Source: Octopus vulgaris
Taxonomy: Eukaryota
Assembly: GCA_951406725.2 (NCBI GenBank)
Contig: OX597817.1
Coordinates: forward strand, 18,166,001 to 18,230,000
Direction: 5' to 3'
Length of the DNA: 64,000 nt
Positions 38,691-51,373 of this stretch are shown here, piece after piece; positions within the stretch are counted from its first letter, which is position 1, and each line of letters starts with the position of its first letter. The notes beneath the pieces are model-generated. The model saw nothing but the letters and a program-made list of their open reading frames with translations. It did not search any database and was not told where the DNA came from. Both the position numbers and the translations under genes were made by a program.

Positions 38691-41177
38691 TTGTTTCTAT
38701 AATAGGTTATGTCGTCCGTTTAGTTAGACACCGACATCCGTGGTTATAATTGAACTGACGTGTTAATTGGAAATCTAGATTTTACGGCAAAGCCTCAAGA
38801 GAACTAAACTGCTAAGTTATTTATTGCCAATAACAGGTAGCAGTTCTCCATGACACCGGCGAAGAGGATGCAATACAGTGTGAAATGACGAACCCGAAAA
38901 AAAAAGCGCCTGAATCCATCTTCTGCAAGAACACTATATATCTAAAATATTCATATCTTTACTAGAGTCATCTTGAAATCGAAACCTCTCTGTACTCTAT
39001 TACATTAGGCAGGGGCTAAAAGTTGACTTCTCTGTTACATTTGTATTAAAGACAATCTTTTTATCTTCATTACTGTTAATGACAGTGCTGTTATAAAACA
39101 CAGAGGCTGTTTATGATATCAAAAACGTTTGTTTCGTCAAAAATATTTAACCAATGATATATATCTATCCGAGCCATTTCTTATCGATTCTTACTGCAAT
39201 ATCAACAATTTTACTATTCGTGGAACTAAGAGCAGATAGTGTGTCTATTATGTCACTATTAGAAACTCATGACAACCTTATAGTGTAAAAAGTGGAAATC
39301 CCAACTCTTCTTCTTATTTTGAATTGCTTTGTTCCCTTTTTATAAGCAAAATCGTCGGGTTCATACATTTGTTAAAATATTTACATTGGAAATTAACTGC
39401 TAAAAACACATGATTATGTAAAACATTTGTTGATTTCTATCCTGAATTATAATGACCGAATGATACACTGCTGTTTTCTTGGTATATATTTGAATAGAGA
39501 GTTGATATAATGATAGAAGTATCACTCTGTAACATTTCCTGCAAATAGCCCGAGTTAAAAAAAAACAAAAACATTTAGTCCTTGAATAACACTCCGGGAA
39601 AAGCATTTTATTTACGTAAATGTAAATAAAACACTCCTGGCGATGCATTCGGCAACATTTTATTGTTTGTGAAAATATAACAACTTAAGTAAAGTATTCG
39701 GTAACATTTTAGGCATTAGTGTAATTACAACAAGTATTCTGTAATATTTCAACAGAAAATGTTTTATAATTGGTCTTCAATCAGATAAGAGATGCCAGTA
39801 GGCATTTTCCCTATCCAGTATCTTATAAAACTTTTACAAATTCGTCATTATTGCAAAGTATATTACCACTACTTCGTTTTCATGCGTTTTCTTTTTCTTT
39901 AGGAATTTAATTTCGTTTTTTCCAATACTTTTTCCAAATCTTTGTTTTCTCCAAAAAAAAAAAAAAAAAGAAAGGTAAAAATTACAATTTTTGTTAGAAG
40001 TAAAAATGCCTCCTGGCTGTTATCATAATATAAAGAAGGACCGTAAACGATACTGGGCTTCGCAAAGGAAATGGAATTAATTCTATACGTTCGTGTAAAA
40101 TGATATAATGTAGAAAGAGAGAAATAAATCTTATCCCATTACATTCTTTTCTGAAATTGCTTCTTACTTCTTCCAAATTCAGTTCTTATGTTATAATGTA
40201 GGAGTAAATGTGTAGGTTACCCAAATAGGTAATATTTGAATGAGTCCTGTGTCACATTGCATAAAGCTATGAATATGAGGTGTGGTTTCGACTCCCGATC
40301 CAAGACAATTCACTTTACAAGAACTGAAAGCAAAATTGAATATTACACAGTGCCATTCTTGACTTTGTGTTTGAGAAAAAAATCAATACTTGAATTTTTG
40401 GCGGAAACCGTGGAGCAACAACAAAACTCTGGTGACGTAGTTCCAGCCTTCCGGTTGAGTTCATTTCATTTCTTAATCTGCTTATATCTTTGAGAAAATA
40501 ATAACTGTCAAAACTTCCGATTACCTTTCTCATAAATTATGGCACATTTCTTCCTGATAAAAAGAAACCGATATTTTCATTTTCTACCTGAAAACGTTAA
40601 TGGCTTAAAAATGATTTTCTTTACATTTTTGCTGATTCGATTTCAGGTTGTAGATAATAAAAGATAGATAATAGAGGAGTTTTCTTTGTTCACTTTCACC
40701 AATTACTTTTTAAATACAAACATATGTAAACAATTGCATACAAATATTCTATTTCTGATCTGAAACTAAGATGATTCATTGAAGTGTGAAACGAATTTAT
40801 ATCAGTACAGTAAACTATCATTAAACATATTGATTTTTCTCTACAAGAATATATATTTAGTTTTAGCCTAAAATAATTTTTGGGTTAAAAAAACCTTAGA
40901 GGATATTTTAACCACTAAAATATATTAGAGCAAAACTAAAAATATACCCTTGCGCAGAAATAGTTCGTATATTACATGCTGTATTATGCAATTTTTCTCA
41001 TACATATATCAAAAATTTTACACCGCCACAGGATTATGCTCGAGTAACAACATATAATCAATTGTTGTTGTGACATTGATGCAATTTAGTGAGACCTGGC
41101 TATGTCAAAAATCGCAGGTTCAGTGGTTGTTTTAGATCAAGACTGTCACTTTTACTGTGTGTATGTATGTATGTAGG

Positions 41178-41250
41178 TGGGGCTGCCAGTTTAGTCACCG
41201 ACGACCCGACAATGCGACAGGTTACCAGTAGCACTCAAGAGCGACCTGGC
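41178..41250 (-). mobile_element. Inverted, internally deleted copy of the 5' end of the adjacent RTE-derived element
   Basis: Reverse complement of about 41293-41380. Confidence 0.75.
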
Positions 41251-41281
<31 letters not shown>

Positions 41282-41292
41282 TGTATGTATGT

Positions 41293-41843
41293 CAGGTCAC
41301 TTTCGCGTGCTACTGGTAACATGTAACCCAGTACTACCTGTTGCATGGTCGGGTCGTCGGCGACTAAACCGGCTACCCCACCAAGCTCGCTTGGTGAGGA
41401 GGGTGTTTATTGGTCACCCTGCGGGATGAAAAACAAAACCCGTCAAAGGGCGGAGGAACTCTTGAGAGTTAACGGCCATCCAATAAATATCATAAGGCTG
41501 TATCATGCGCGGGGACATAGAAATAATCGGATTGAATACCCCATCGCGCAATTAAACCATTGGAAGTGAAGGACTCCTAGCCTTTGTCAGGGCATCCTTC
41601 TAGGAGAAGGCAACTCAGGTAACTGGGATAACTCCGACATAAAACCTGCGGCTCAGTGGTTACCGATGATGTTGACTTGTTCTTCTTTTCGGATTATGGC
41701 TGCTGTTGCTTAGTGAGTGGGATTGACTCAGTGCACAGCCTTTCCTCACTTAAAAAAATATCTTCTTGCACAGGCATTGCACGATAACAACATTGATTAA
41801 GATTCGTGCAATGACCATACTCGATAATGAGGGGGCAGCCACC
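41293..41843 (+). mobile_element. Non-autonomous RTE-derived element (about 550 bp) with (ATGT)n tail
   Basis: RTE 5'UTR-like 'ttctaggagaaggcaactc..aaaacct'. Ends gggggcagccacc(atgt)n. A second copy lies at 63687-64000. Confidence 0.75.
41295..41372 (+). ncRNA. Candidate HDV-like ribozyme
   Basis: Putative P1 ggtcac/atggtc, P2 ccagt/accgg (actgg in the inverted copy), cc/gg P1.1, P4 gtcg-tcgg-cgac, J4/2 'c taa'. P3 is imperfect. Confidence 0.45.
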
Positions 41844-42076
41844 ATGTATGTATGTATGTATGTATGTATGTATGTATGTATGTATGTATGTATGTATGTA
41901 TGTATGTATGTATGTATGTATTATGTATGTATGTATGTATGTATGTATGTATGTATGTATGTATGTATGTATGTATGTATGTATGTATGTATGTATGTAT
42001 GTATTATGTATGTATGTATGTATGTATGTATGTTTGCATGTATGTATGCATGTATGTATATATGCATGTATGTATG
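41844..42076. repeat. (ATGT)n microsatellite (retroelement tail)
   Basis: Direct reading. Confidence 0.95.
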
Positions 42077-42077
42077 T

Positions 42078-42477
42078 CAAAAGAGATCTAAGGAAGAATG
42101 TAACGATTGAGAAGGGGAATGACAATGACCTTTTCGTGTGCACAGTCTGTGTCTTTTGCTGGCCTCAAATCTCATCTGTGAACGCATGGAAAACGAACAT
42201 CCACCAACTGTTCTGCCTATGTATCTATGCACACCTTTCAGTGCCATGTATGCCAGAAGGTTTGCAAATTCAATGGATGCCTCAAAAGACATTCTAAGAT
42301 CCACCACAAAGAGCAGAACTTATCTGCAGCCCTTGGGGGTACAAGTCGGAGTTGCAATCTATGTGGGTTGCTTTTCAGAGCATTGTCTGGTTTAAAAAGC
42401 CACATCAGATGCCATGATGGTGCTAAGGTGTAGGTACAGGAGGTGGTCAAACTCTGCATAAGGAGTAGACAACCACC
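42078..42477 (+). mobile_element. 3' end of an RTE-type LINE with C-terminal C2H2 zinc fingers
   Basis: FVCTVC.., FQCHVCQKVCKFNGCLKRHSKIH, CNLCGLLFRALSGLKSHIRCH, stop at 42433, short 3'UTR ending accacc(atgt)n. Confidence 0.7.
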
Positions 42478-42688
42478 ATGTATGTATGCATGTGCACAAC
42501 ACACACATACACACACACATATGTATACAAACATGTGCATACTTACATACCACTCCACTCACACATACATTAGCTAGAATATTACAAGAGTTACTCAAGG
42601 GGCTGGAGTTTCGTACAATAGCATTTATCTGTCTGGTGATTAAAAAAACAATGACAACTGCTTTATATAAACGGTATATTCTAAAAAG

Positions 42689-42919
42689 GGCGGCGAGCTG
42701 GCAGAATCGTTAGCACGCCGGGCGAAATGCTCAGCGGTATTTCGTCTGCGTTACGTTGTGAGTTCAAATTCCGCCGAGGTCGACTTTGTCTTTCATCCTT
42801 TCGGGGTCGATAAATTAAGTACCAGTTGCGCACTGGGTTCGATGTAATCGACTTAATACCTATGTCTGTCCTTGTTTGTCCCCTCTATGTTTAGCCGCTT
42901 GTGAGTAATAAAGAAATAG
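42689..42919 (+). mobile_element. SINE-A, full-length
   Basis: Perfect 16-bp TSD ggtatattctaaaaag. Confidence 0.92.
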
Positions 42920-44782
42920 GTATATTCTAAAAAGTATTGAAAATGCTCTTTCGTGTTACATAACTGCAATGTATAGATTTAGAAACCTAGTAAAGTAATA
43001 TAATGAAATGATGAAGTATGTATACATAAGTACTTTACATATAGATATACATGCCTACACACAAGAACAACCTAATACAATCACATTTAAATAAATGAAT
43101 GAAAATTAGTATTGTATACTTTCTAACATAAGGAAACTTACGTATGCATAAAAAGATATACACACGAATATGCAGAGGATTAAGAGCACATACAATACAT
43201 ATATACAAATGTACATTTGTCGTAACACAATGTAATTGAGTAAAGAATCTATAGATATTTTCTGTAGTGTAAAATATCTTTGAAATAAACACTGCCAGTA
43301 TACCACTAATACATACATACAGTACAGACAAAAACTTTAAAAATTAGTATATGGCGATGTAGTGTGTGCTATTTTCATTGTCGATAAATGACCACCGATA
43401 AGAGTATGTGCCTGCGTTGAAGACCACAGAAACATTTACATGTATATTTGCATAAATTAATCTGTGTACAGGCCTCCATCTATTGATATGCAATTTGCAT
43501 AAAATATACATATTCTTACAAAACAGCCAAACACACATATTTGTATACACACGAAATACACATATATGCTTGCACATATACGCATAAATGTACATACATG
43601 TCTCCAATTTTGGATCCACATTTATTTTTGTAAGTTAAATGTGAAACCTTTGACAGTATACGAATGCATATTTGTGAAGGTTCTGATCTGAAAGTCAGAC
43701 CCTACAAGAACATGCACTCGTTTTAAAGCAAAACTGATTACTTGTCTGTCTGTCTCACTGTATACATATATACAAACATACCTTGCGCTGATATATACAA
43801 TGCTTTATAAGTATTCTGTGTATGTTATTCCACTGTATGGCCCAAGTTCTGGAGATTGACGTAGTCGGTATGGATGTGCATAAATGCATGTTGAGTCAGC
43901 AACTTTTAATCCAGATGAGGTTATGAATAAAGATAAAAGGAGACGAAGACTGTAATTCAAATGATGGCAACTTGTAACCGGTATAATGTGTGAAGCCATT
44001 CTTAACTCAATTGAGTGTTGTCCAAAAACTGTGCGGTATTCAGCTATAAAGCAGTTGCAATAGCGTAGAGGTACACACATATGCACACGTCCTTAGACAT
44101 AAATGTACATACACAGTTCTACCTCTGTATTCAAAAGTTTTAATACGTTAGATTAAAGGCGGGAATATATTTACATATTCTGATAATGTTTTTCAAAGCA
44201 GTGTCATCGCTCATAAGTGTATAATTTTCTTGATGTAATGCTTTTGTAAACCTTGGCTGACTTAGTAATTTGTGATGGGCATAGATAAATTGACAATTAG
44301 CTGTATATAGGGGCTTGTAAGAATGTGGAATAAAGACGAACGGAGGCAAAATAAGACACTGCTTTCTAATTGACAATAACCTGCAAAAGATAAGGTATAT
44401 GCAGTGAGAACCCATAATTTAAGTGAGAATTCCCTGTAAAGGGGTGCGGGAGGCAAATATAGACTCAATGGCATGAAAGGAGATGCAGTAAAGCTGTTGG
44501 TGACAAATAAAATGAGAAAGCTTCAGTAATACATAAAAATATAAAATTTCGACCAGTTGGCATATCAGTGTATGACTGAGTGTTTCAATCTGAGTAGTTG
44601 AGAGTTGCAACATTTACTTGATTGGCAAAGCAAATAATTGTAAGTTCTATGTCCTCTGCTGAGGTCAAGGAAAAACTAATTCAAGCTTAGAGTTTAACAA
44701 ATTAAGCAGTTGCATTTATGTATTGTATTTTTATGATACACAGGGAAAAGGCGTTTGTATGAATTGATGTATGAGGGCAGGG

Positions 44783-45176
44783 GTGGAGGCGCAATGGCCC
44801 AGTGGTTAGGGCAGCGGACTCGCGGTCGTAGGATCGCGGTTTCGATTCCCAGACCAGGCGTTGTGAGTGTTTATTGAGCGAAAACACCTAAAAGCTCCAC
44901 GAGGCTCCGGCAGGGGATGGTGGTGATCCCTGCTGTACTCTTTCACCACAACTTTCTCTCACTCTTACTTCCTGTTTCTGTTGTACCTGTATTTCAAAGG
45001 GCCGGCCTTGTCACTCACTGTGTCACGCTGAATATCCCCGAGAACTACGTTAAGGGTACACGTGTCTGTGGAGTGCTCAGCCACTTACACGTTAATTTCA
45101 CGAGCAGGCTGTTCCGTTGATCGGATCAATCGGAACCCTCATCGTCGTAACCGACGGAGTGCTTCTTAAAAAAAAA
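44783..45176 (+). mobile_element. SINE-C subfamily, full-length
   Basis: tRNA-like head (tggcccagtggtt / gtttcgattccc), 3' half shared with SINE-C, A tail, 12-bp TSD atgagggcaggg. Confidence 0.9.
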
Positions 45177-47460
45177 ATGAGGGCAGGGCTTTAATGATTG
45201 ATCCTTGTTTCTTCAAAATACCGATGCATTTAACTTTCAGATCCTAAAGATAGTTAGACAGTTTAGCTGTGTATTTTTTCATGTTCGTATGTAAAAGACT
45301 AAATATGCTGATTAAATCCGGTTTACAAAATTTTAAAGATACACACATGAAAACTTTTTTTATGATTTGAAGATTTAGTGAGCTAAAATTAGTGTCAAAA
45401 GAATTGCATTGTGGTGGTGAATTTTGAATATTATGTGTATCAGATTTTTCCTGTTTATTCATGCTAAGAAGGCGGCAAATATATCACAATTGCAGCTTAC
45501 TTTCAACCTGTTGAATTTATAGTTTGTTGAAAAGTGTTTGCTTATTAGATATAAGAAATATAGAAAGCTACGAAATGGTGAATTATACCAAATGATATTT
45601 TTTTTGTTAGCAGTTGCATTATTCTGTTAAACTAATGTATTTTGCATGTAAAATGTATTCTATGCAACGCGTTGTTGTAATATTTTGTAGCGTGGTACAG
45701 GATTCTGTATGAAAGCATTTGACCAAGATTCGTTTAGCAATGTTTCTAGTAAGCTTTTTAAACTACCGTGTATATAATTGGAGTCTATAGTTGGAGTATT
45801 TGTGGATGTACTGTAGGGTCTCATTAGAGTTTTCTGTAGGGATTATATTTACCTGAATTTAAATTTAGGGTTATGTCTAAGAAATTAACTACTGCGATGT
45901 TAGGATGTTAGTACTGGCGGTAATTCTTAGGTTAAAGTCTTTGAATGCGTCAATTAGATCTTTTCAAAATCTATCTAATTTGTGGTCGTATTTATTATGT
46001 GATATGATTAATTCGTCATTTCTGCTAAGTCCTACATCTACTTGATTAAATTTTTCCGAAGAGTATCGAAGATTAATAATCCTATTAAGTAACACATTTC
46101 AGCTCCATCAAAGCAAGCCACGGGTTATCGAATAGCTCTGTGCTATTACGTTTAATCCAGAATAAGTCATCAAAGAAAAGTGATTTTCTTGTGTGAATGA
46201 CCACATCGGTGTCCATGCTGCTAATTGTAGTGAGTATATTATCAAAAACTAACACTTTTTATGAGAGTGGTTAGATTATTGAAGCGTAGAATTCCACATT
46301 GCTAAACTGTAAATTTGCAGTTATGCTTGTCATGTATGTTGTTAAACCAATTAATGACTGAAGTGCTTTCATTACAAAGTGGAAAGTTAGCGGCTTGCAT
46401 AATACGAGTTTTGATTGAATCTAATTTATTTTTACCGATTTTATCTAATTTGGTTTTAGTAGGGTTAATAAGTCATCTTGTAGGCCTGTTAAATGTTTGC
46501 GTATGTCTTTTAATGTAATATATGGTTGATGGCTTATCAGGCATTATATTCTCTCATCTGTCTTAAGGGTGGAGGCAAAATCTTACGAGTCTTTTTAAAG
46601 TCTGTATGAGTTTGGGTTTGTTTTCTGATAAGCTTTTGAATTGTTGTTGGAGAGAAGTCTATATGTTATTTTCTCTCTCTGTTTCTCTGCCTGTCTGTAT
46701 GCCTCTCCACACGCATACATATATGATACGCTTTTCATCTTAGTCGAAGTACGACTCTGAAAGGAGTTCAAGAAAAATTTGCAAAGAGTTCTAAATATTC
46801 CAGGTTCGAGACTACGCCAAAAGAAGAAAAGCAACACAAAACAAATGCATACCACAATAAATAATATACGAATGTATCGATGCACAATCTTAGAAATCTC
46901 TCCAGTTTCAAGATGTTGTTTTGGTGTTCAACACCGCCCACTTTAGTTTGCTTAGAAATATCAATTCCCCTCATTGCTGATGGACCACGCACTCAGTCGT
47001 ATGCGGTATATTAAAAATTGACCAATACGAACACACTTACTTGAATAAGCGATTTATATAAAGAGAACTTTAATTCCTCCGTCGATGCTATGGCTACCTC
47101 GTCAAGTACTCTATTCGGTAATTATTTTGGCTCATTACCTATGACTAATAAGAGATAGATTACACGAAGTGCATTTTAATTCACCTTAATAGAAGTATAA
47201 CTCACAAAACTAATCAATGGAAGTTTACAACAAATGACTAATTTACTCAATGAATTACCAATATATATTCCATAAATTACTCTAAAGTATGAGGCTTTCT
47301 TTACTTTGTAAAGTTATTCTGAAGCAGCCAGGCATTGCAATAAAAGTCTCAAATGAGGAATAAAGGTAAAAAAGTCGAATACCTTATTAAAAATATTGAT
47401 GCATTTCCTCACAGTTTTACAATTTCTCTGGCAATGCATTCATACGTACATAATACATAT

Positions 47461-47692
47461 ATATTTCTTTACTACCCACAAGGGGCTAACCACAGAGGGG
47501 ACAAACAAGGACAGACAAAGGGATTAAGTCGATTCCATCGACCCCAGTGCGTAACTGGTACTTAATTTATCGACCCCGAAAGGATAAAAGGCAAAGTCGA
47601 CCTCGGCGGAATTTGAACTCAGAACGTAACGGCAGACGAAATACGGCTTCGCATTTCGCCCGGCGTGCTAACGTTTCTGCCAGCTCGCCGCC
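47461..47692 (-). mobile_element. SINE-A, full-length
   Basis: Colinear with the other copies. Confidence 0.9.
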
Positions 47693-47846
47693 TATACATA
47701 TATACGTACATACATACACACACAGAGGCACATACGCACGCGTTCACACACACACACACTTACACATACGCACAAACACACACACATACATTTACAAGAA
47801 AGAGAGAATGACAAAGGAATAAATGATTATCTTAGGAACTTCATTA

Positions 47847-47925
47847 GCTTACAGCTGTTTCTGCTATAAGATGCAATGGACTTACAGTTGAGTGCTTGAA
47901 TAACATCTTATAGCTTTACCGGAGC
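47847..47925 (-). ncRNA. Degenerate type I hammerhead
   Basis: Minus strand: gcu CCGGUAA a gcuauaagaug-(30 nt)-caucuuauagc a GAAA cagcug UA agc. 11-bp stem II and palindromic stem III; 5' core mutated. Confidence 0.55.
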
Positions 47926-48448
47926 CTCGAATATATTGGCGAGCCCCAGAGTGGATGTACTCTGTCGTTTTTTGTTTGTTCGAAGTTATAACTCACCACA
48001 AATTATATATTTTAAAAATTTCTGGATGCTGCTATTTTATGGTTTCCTGTCTTGTCATTGAAAGATCGAAATAGGGAGCAATTAACAGTCGGCAACTGAG
48101 GAGGGGTTAAACTTATTTTGGTACATTGTCCTGTACTTGTCTCTCATTGTGTGTTTACGTATTTTTCATTCGTTAGTGATGTTCTCTAATTGATGTATTT
48201 TATATTTGTTTATGTATATTTACATGTATATCTTTCACCAATCTAATATTGCAATGACACTCAAAATGTATTGGATGACCCGAGGCTATATTAGAAGACA
48301 GTTGACAAAGTGGAATTGAAAAAGAAGCGGGTTGATCGCGACGCGAATTTATTAACTAAACAGCCTTCACTTATTAGAGGATCCATAATGTTTATGCTGC
48401 ATCTTGAAATATTTTTGATCAGAATATTAGTGTAGTGTATTAACTCTT

Positions 48449-48968
48449 ATTTCTTTACTGCCCACAAGGGGCTACACACAGAGGGGACAAACAAGGACAG
48501 ACAAGGGGATTAAGTCGATGATATCGAACCCAGTGCGTTACTGGTACTTATTTAATCGACCCCGAAAGGATGAAAGGCAAAGTCGACTTCGGCGGAATTT
48601 GAACTCAGAACGTAACGGCAGACTATATACCTATTTCTTTACTGCCCACAAGGAGCTACACACAGAGGGGACAAACAGGGACAGACAAACGGATTAAGTC
48701 GATTATATCGACCCCAGTGCGTAACTGGTACTTAATTTATGTGAAGATGATAATATTCTTGTCTACTCAAGACACAAGGCCCGAAATTTTAGGGAAGGAG
48801 GCCAGTCGATTAGATCGGCCCAGTAGGTAACTGGTACTTGATTTATCGACCCCGAAAGGATGAAAGGCAAAGTCGACCTCTGCGGAATTTGAACTCAGAA
48901 CGTAACGGCAGACGAAATACGGCTACGCATTTCGCCCGGCGTGCTAACGTTTCTGCCAGCTCGCCGCC
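48449..48968 (-). mobile_element. SINE-A multimer / chimera
   Basis: Head unit with an older-type 3' end, one partial unit and one full body unit. Flanked by gtgtatta(a/g)ctctt. Confidence 0.8.
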
Positions 48969-49918
48969 TTTGGTGTATTAGCTCTTGTCGAGTGATAACT
49001 ACATACTAATTTTGTTTAGCTTATTGTAAAAAAAATAAAATGCCCTGTACTTTATGAATGTTACTCTTGTGTTTTATCCCAGATTAGATCTGAATTGAAC
49101 AGATATGATCAAAAGTATCCTAGCTACGAGCCTTCTGCCTTTACTGTAGCTAGTTATGCATTATAAATGTGTCATTTTTTTTTAGTCTAATTTGATATCA
49201 GTTTGGCTATTATTCCTCGCAGGCCGAGGATCCTTAATCGCTTGTTTCTAAGTGCGTGAATATTGTAGGTAAAATAACTTCGGACTGAAAATGCGTCGCA
49301 GTTTTGGTTTCCTGGGAGCGTATACGTTGCTTTATAGAATTCGATTTAGAGATAAATGTTTATTTATGTTTTTTTAATGGTACTTAATAGGATGAGAAAC
49401 AAAAGTGATACTAATTGTATTTGAGCTCAGAAAAGTAAAACAATAAATAGATTGTACTAAAAATTTACAGCCTTAAATTGGATAAACGCCAGAATCAGGA
49501 AACTGCAAATATCTAAGCATTCATCGACTCTGTTCAACATAAAATTATATTGGAAAATTGTAAAAGTCATTAGGTTCTGAGCTGCTTTTAAAGGCTGGTG
49601 CTTAACTTCAGTTAGTTGGCGCTAAGCTGAAAGATAAATCTTTCTCACGTACAGAGCTCAGGTGTAGCAAAGGTACCGTTTGTAAGAGATTACCAAGAAT
49701 TAAGATTACTGAAACGTCATTTGTTTTTCTTTACATAAACAATACTGTTTACATTTGATTACCACAAAATTTTGTAACTTGAATATTTGGTAAACGGGCT
49801 GCAGCTACATTTCTCATGAGTGTTAGTAGTGAAGACGAAAAAGAATTTGCAAAGAAATGAAACCAACTCATTGGCACAGGTTCCTGCAAAGTAGCTATTA
49901 CATGGAATATGGTGTATA

Positions 49919-51373
49919 CACCCAGAACCACGCTAATAGCTTAGGAGTGAAATTTAGGATTTCTCGGTTTTCAGTGAATCGACTTTGATAAAACTTTTCC
50001 CAGCTGGTTTATACACTATGGCAGTAACATTGTTATGTTTTCATCATTCCGTGTAACGTCCTTTCTTTTTTTATTTCAGATGTTTCAGTTTAAGGGTGAC
50101 CCACGCTAATAGCTTTTGAATGAAAATGGCCCATCTAGACATTTTGTTTCAGAAAATGAAGGGTAATGATGCATATTAAGCATACATTGAGCATATATTT
50201 AACAGAAAACCATAATATTATAACATGTATTGACATGGGCGTCCAAAACTGTGACAGCTAAGGGTTTAAGGAATATTGGTCGCAAGTTACGTGGAAAACC
50301 TGGACAAACAAGCAAAGCCATTTTCACCGCCTCCGGACTTCCTCATGTACCGAAAACCAGCAGAAATCGCATCCTCGGGACCATGGTTTCTGTGCGAGAA
50401 CCCCTGAAACAGGAGTTTGAGGCTTCAATGACGTTAGACATGAGTTGTATTTTGTTCTCTGACGAAACCAGGGCGACTCATGACGAAATTGACGGTTGGG
50501 TAAATGGTTGATTCTGTTTTGGAGATGAGCATCCCTGACGTTTACAACGTCAACAACAGGGTGGAGGAGTCACATCGTGGACTGGTATTATTGGGGTTAG
50601 ACGTGTTGGCCCATTCAGGGTGCCTGAAGAGGTTAAAGTGACCGCAGCCGCCTACTTCAATCTCCTGAAGGAGGGTTTGGACCCCTGGCTAGATGACATA
50701 CTGCTGTCACTTCTAAGGAATCTTGTATTCATGCATGACAACACTCCCACCCATTCTGCTAGGACCACCCAAACATTACTAGGGTCTTACGGCATACAAA
50801 GTAAAAGGTTGATAGTGTGGCTGGTAGCATCTCCGGATCTCAGCCCTATCGAAGATCTTTGGTCCATCATTAAACAAAATGCTTATGCCGATGGACGCCA
50901 ATTTACGTCGAAAGATATCTTATGGGCGACCATCAAAGCTGCAGCAGGGGTAGTTCAACCCGCTGCTATTAAGAAATTGACAGAGTCCATGACTAATAGG
51001 GTTTTTTAGGTTATCCGTCGAAATGGCGCCCATGTGGCTAAATAATTCATTATGTCAATAAATGTTAAAATATTATTATTGTTTTCTGTTAAGTATATAC
51101 TCAATGTATGCTCAATATACATCATTACTCTTCATTTTCTGAAAAAGAAAATGTCTAGGTGGGCTATTTTCATTCAAAAGCTATTAGAGTGGTTCACCCC
51201 AAAACTGAAACATCTGAAATAAAAAAGAAAGGACGTTACACAGAATAATGAAAACATAACAATGGTATTGCCATACTGTGCAAACCAGCTGGGAAAGGTT
51301 TTATCAAAGTCGATTCACTGAAAACCGAGAAATCCCTAATCTCACCCCTAAGCTATTAACGTGGTTCTGGGTG
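49919..51373 (+). mobile_element. Tc1/mariner DD37E (TRT-like) transposon with long IR/DR TIRs; transposase pseudogene
   Basis: TA TSD on both sides. TIRs of about 295 bp starting cacccagaaccacg. FSDETRAT..DGW, RQQQGGGV, FMHDN..SPDLSPIE with 37 residues between D and E. In-frame stops present. Confidence 0.92.

Noticed and set aside
42227-42433. Host C2H2 zinc-finger gene
   Set aside because: No TGEKP linkers, upstream frameshift, and an immediate LINE-like 3' tail.
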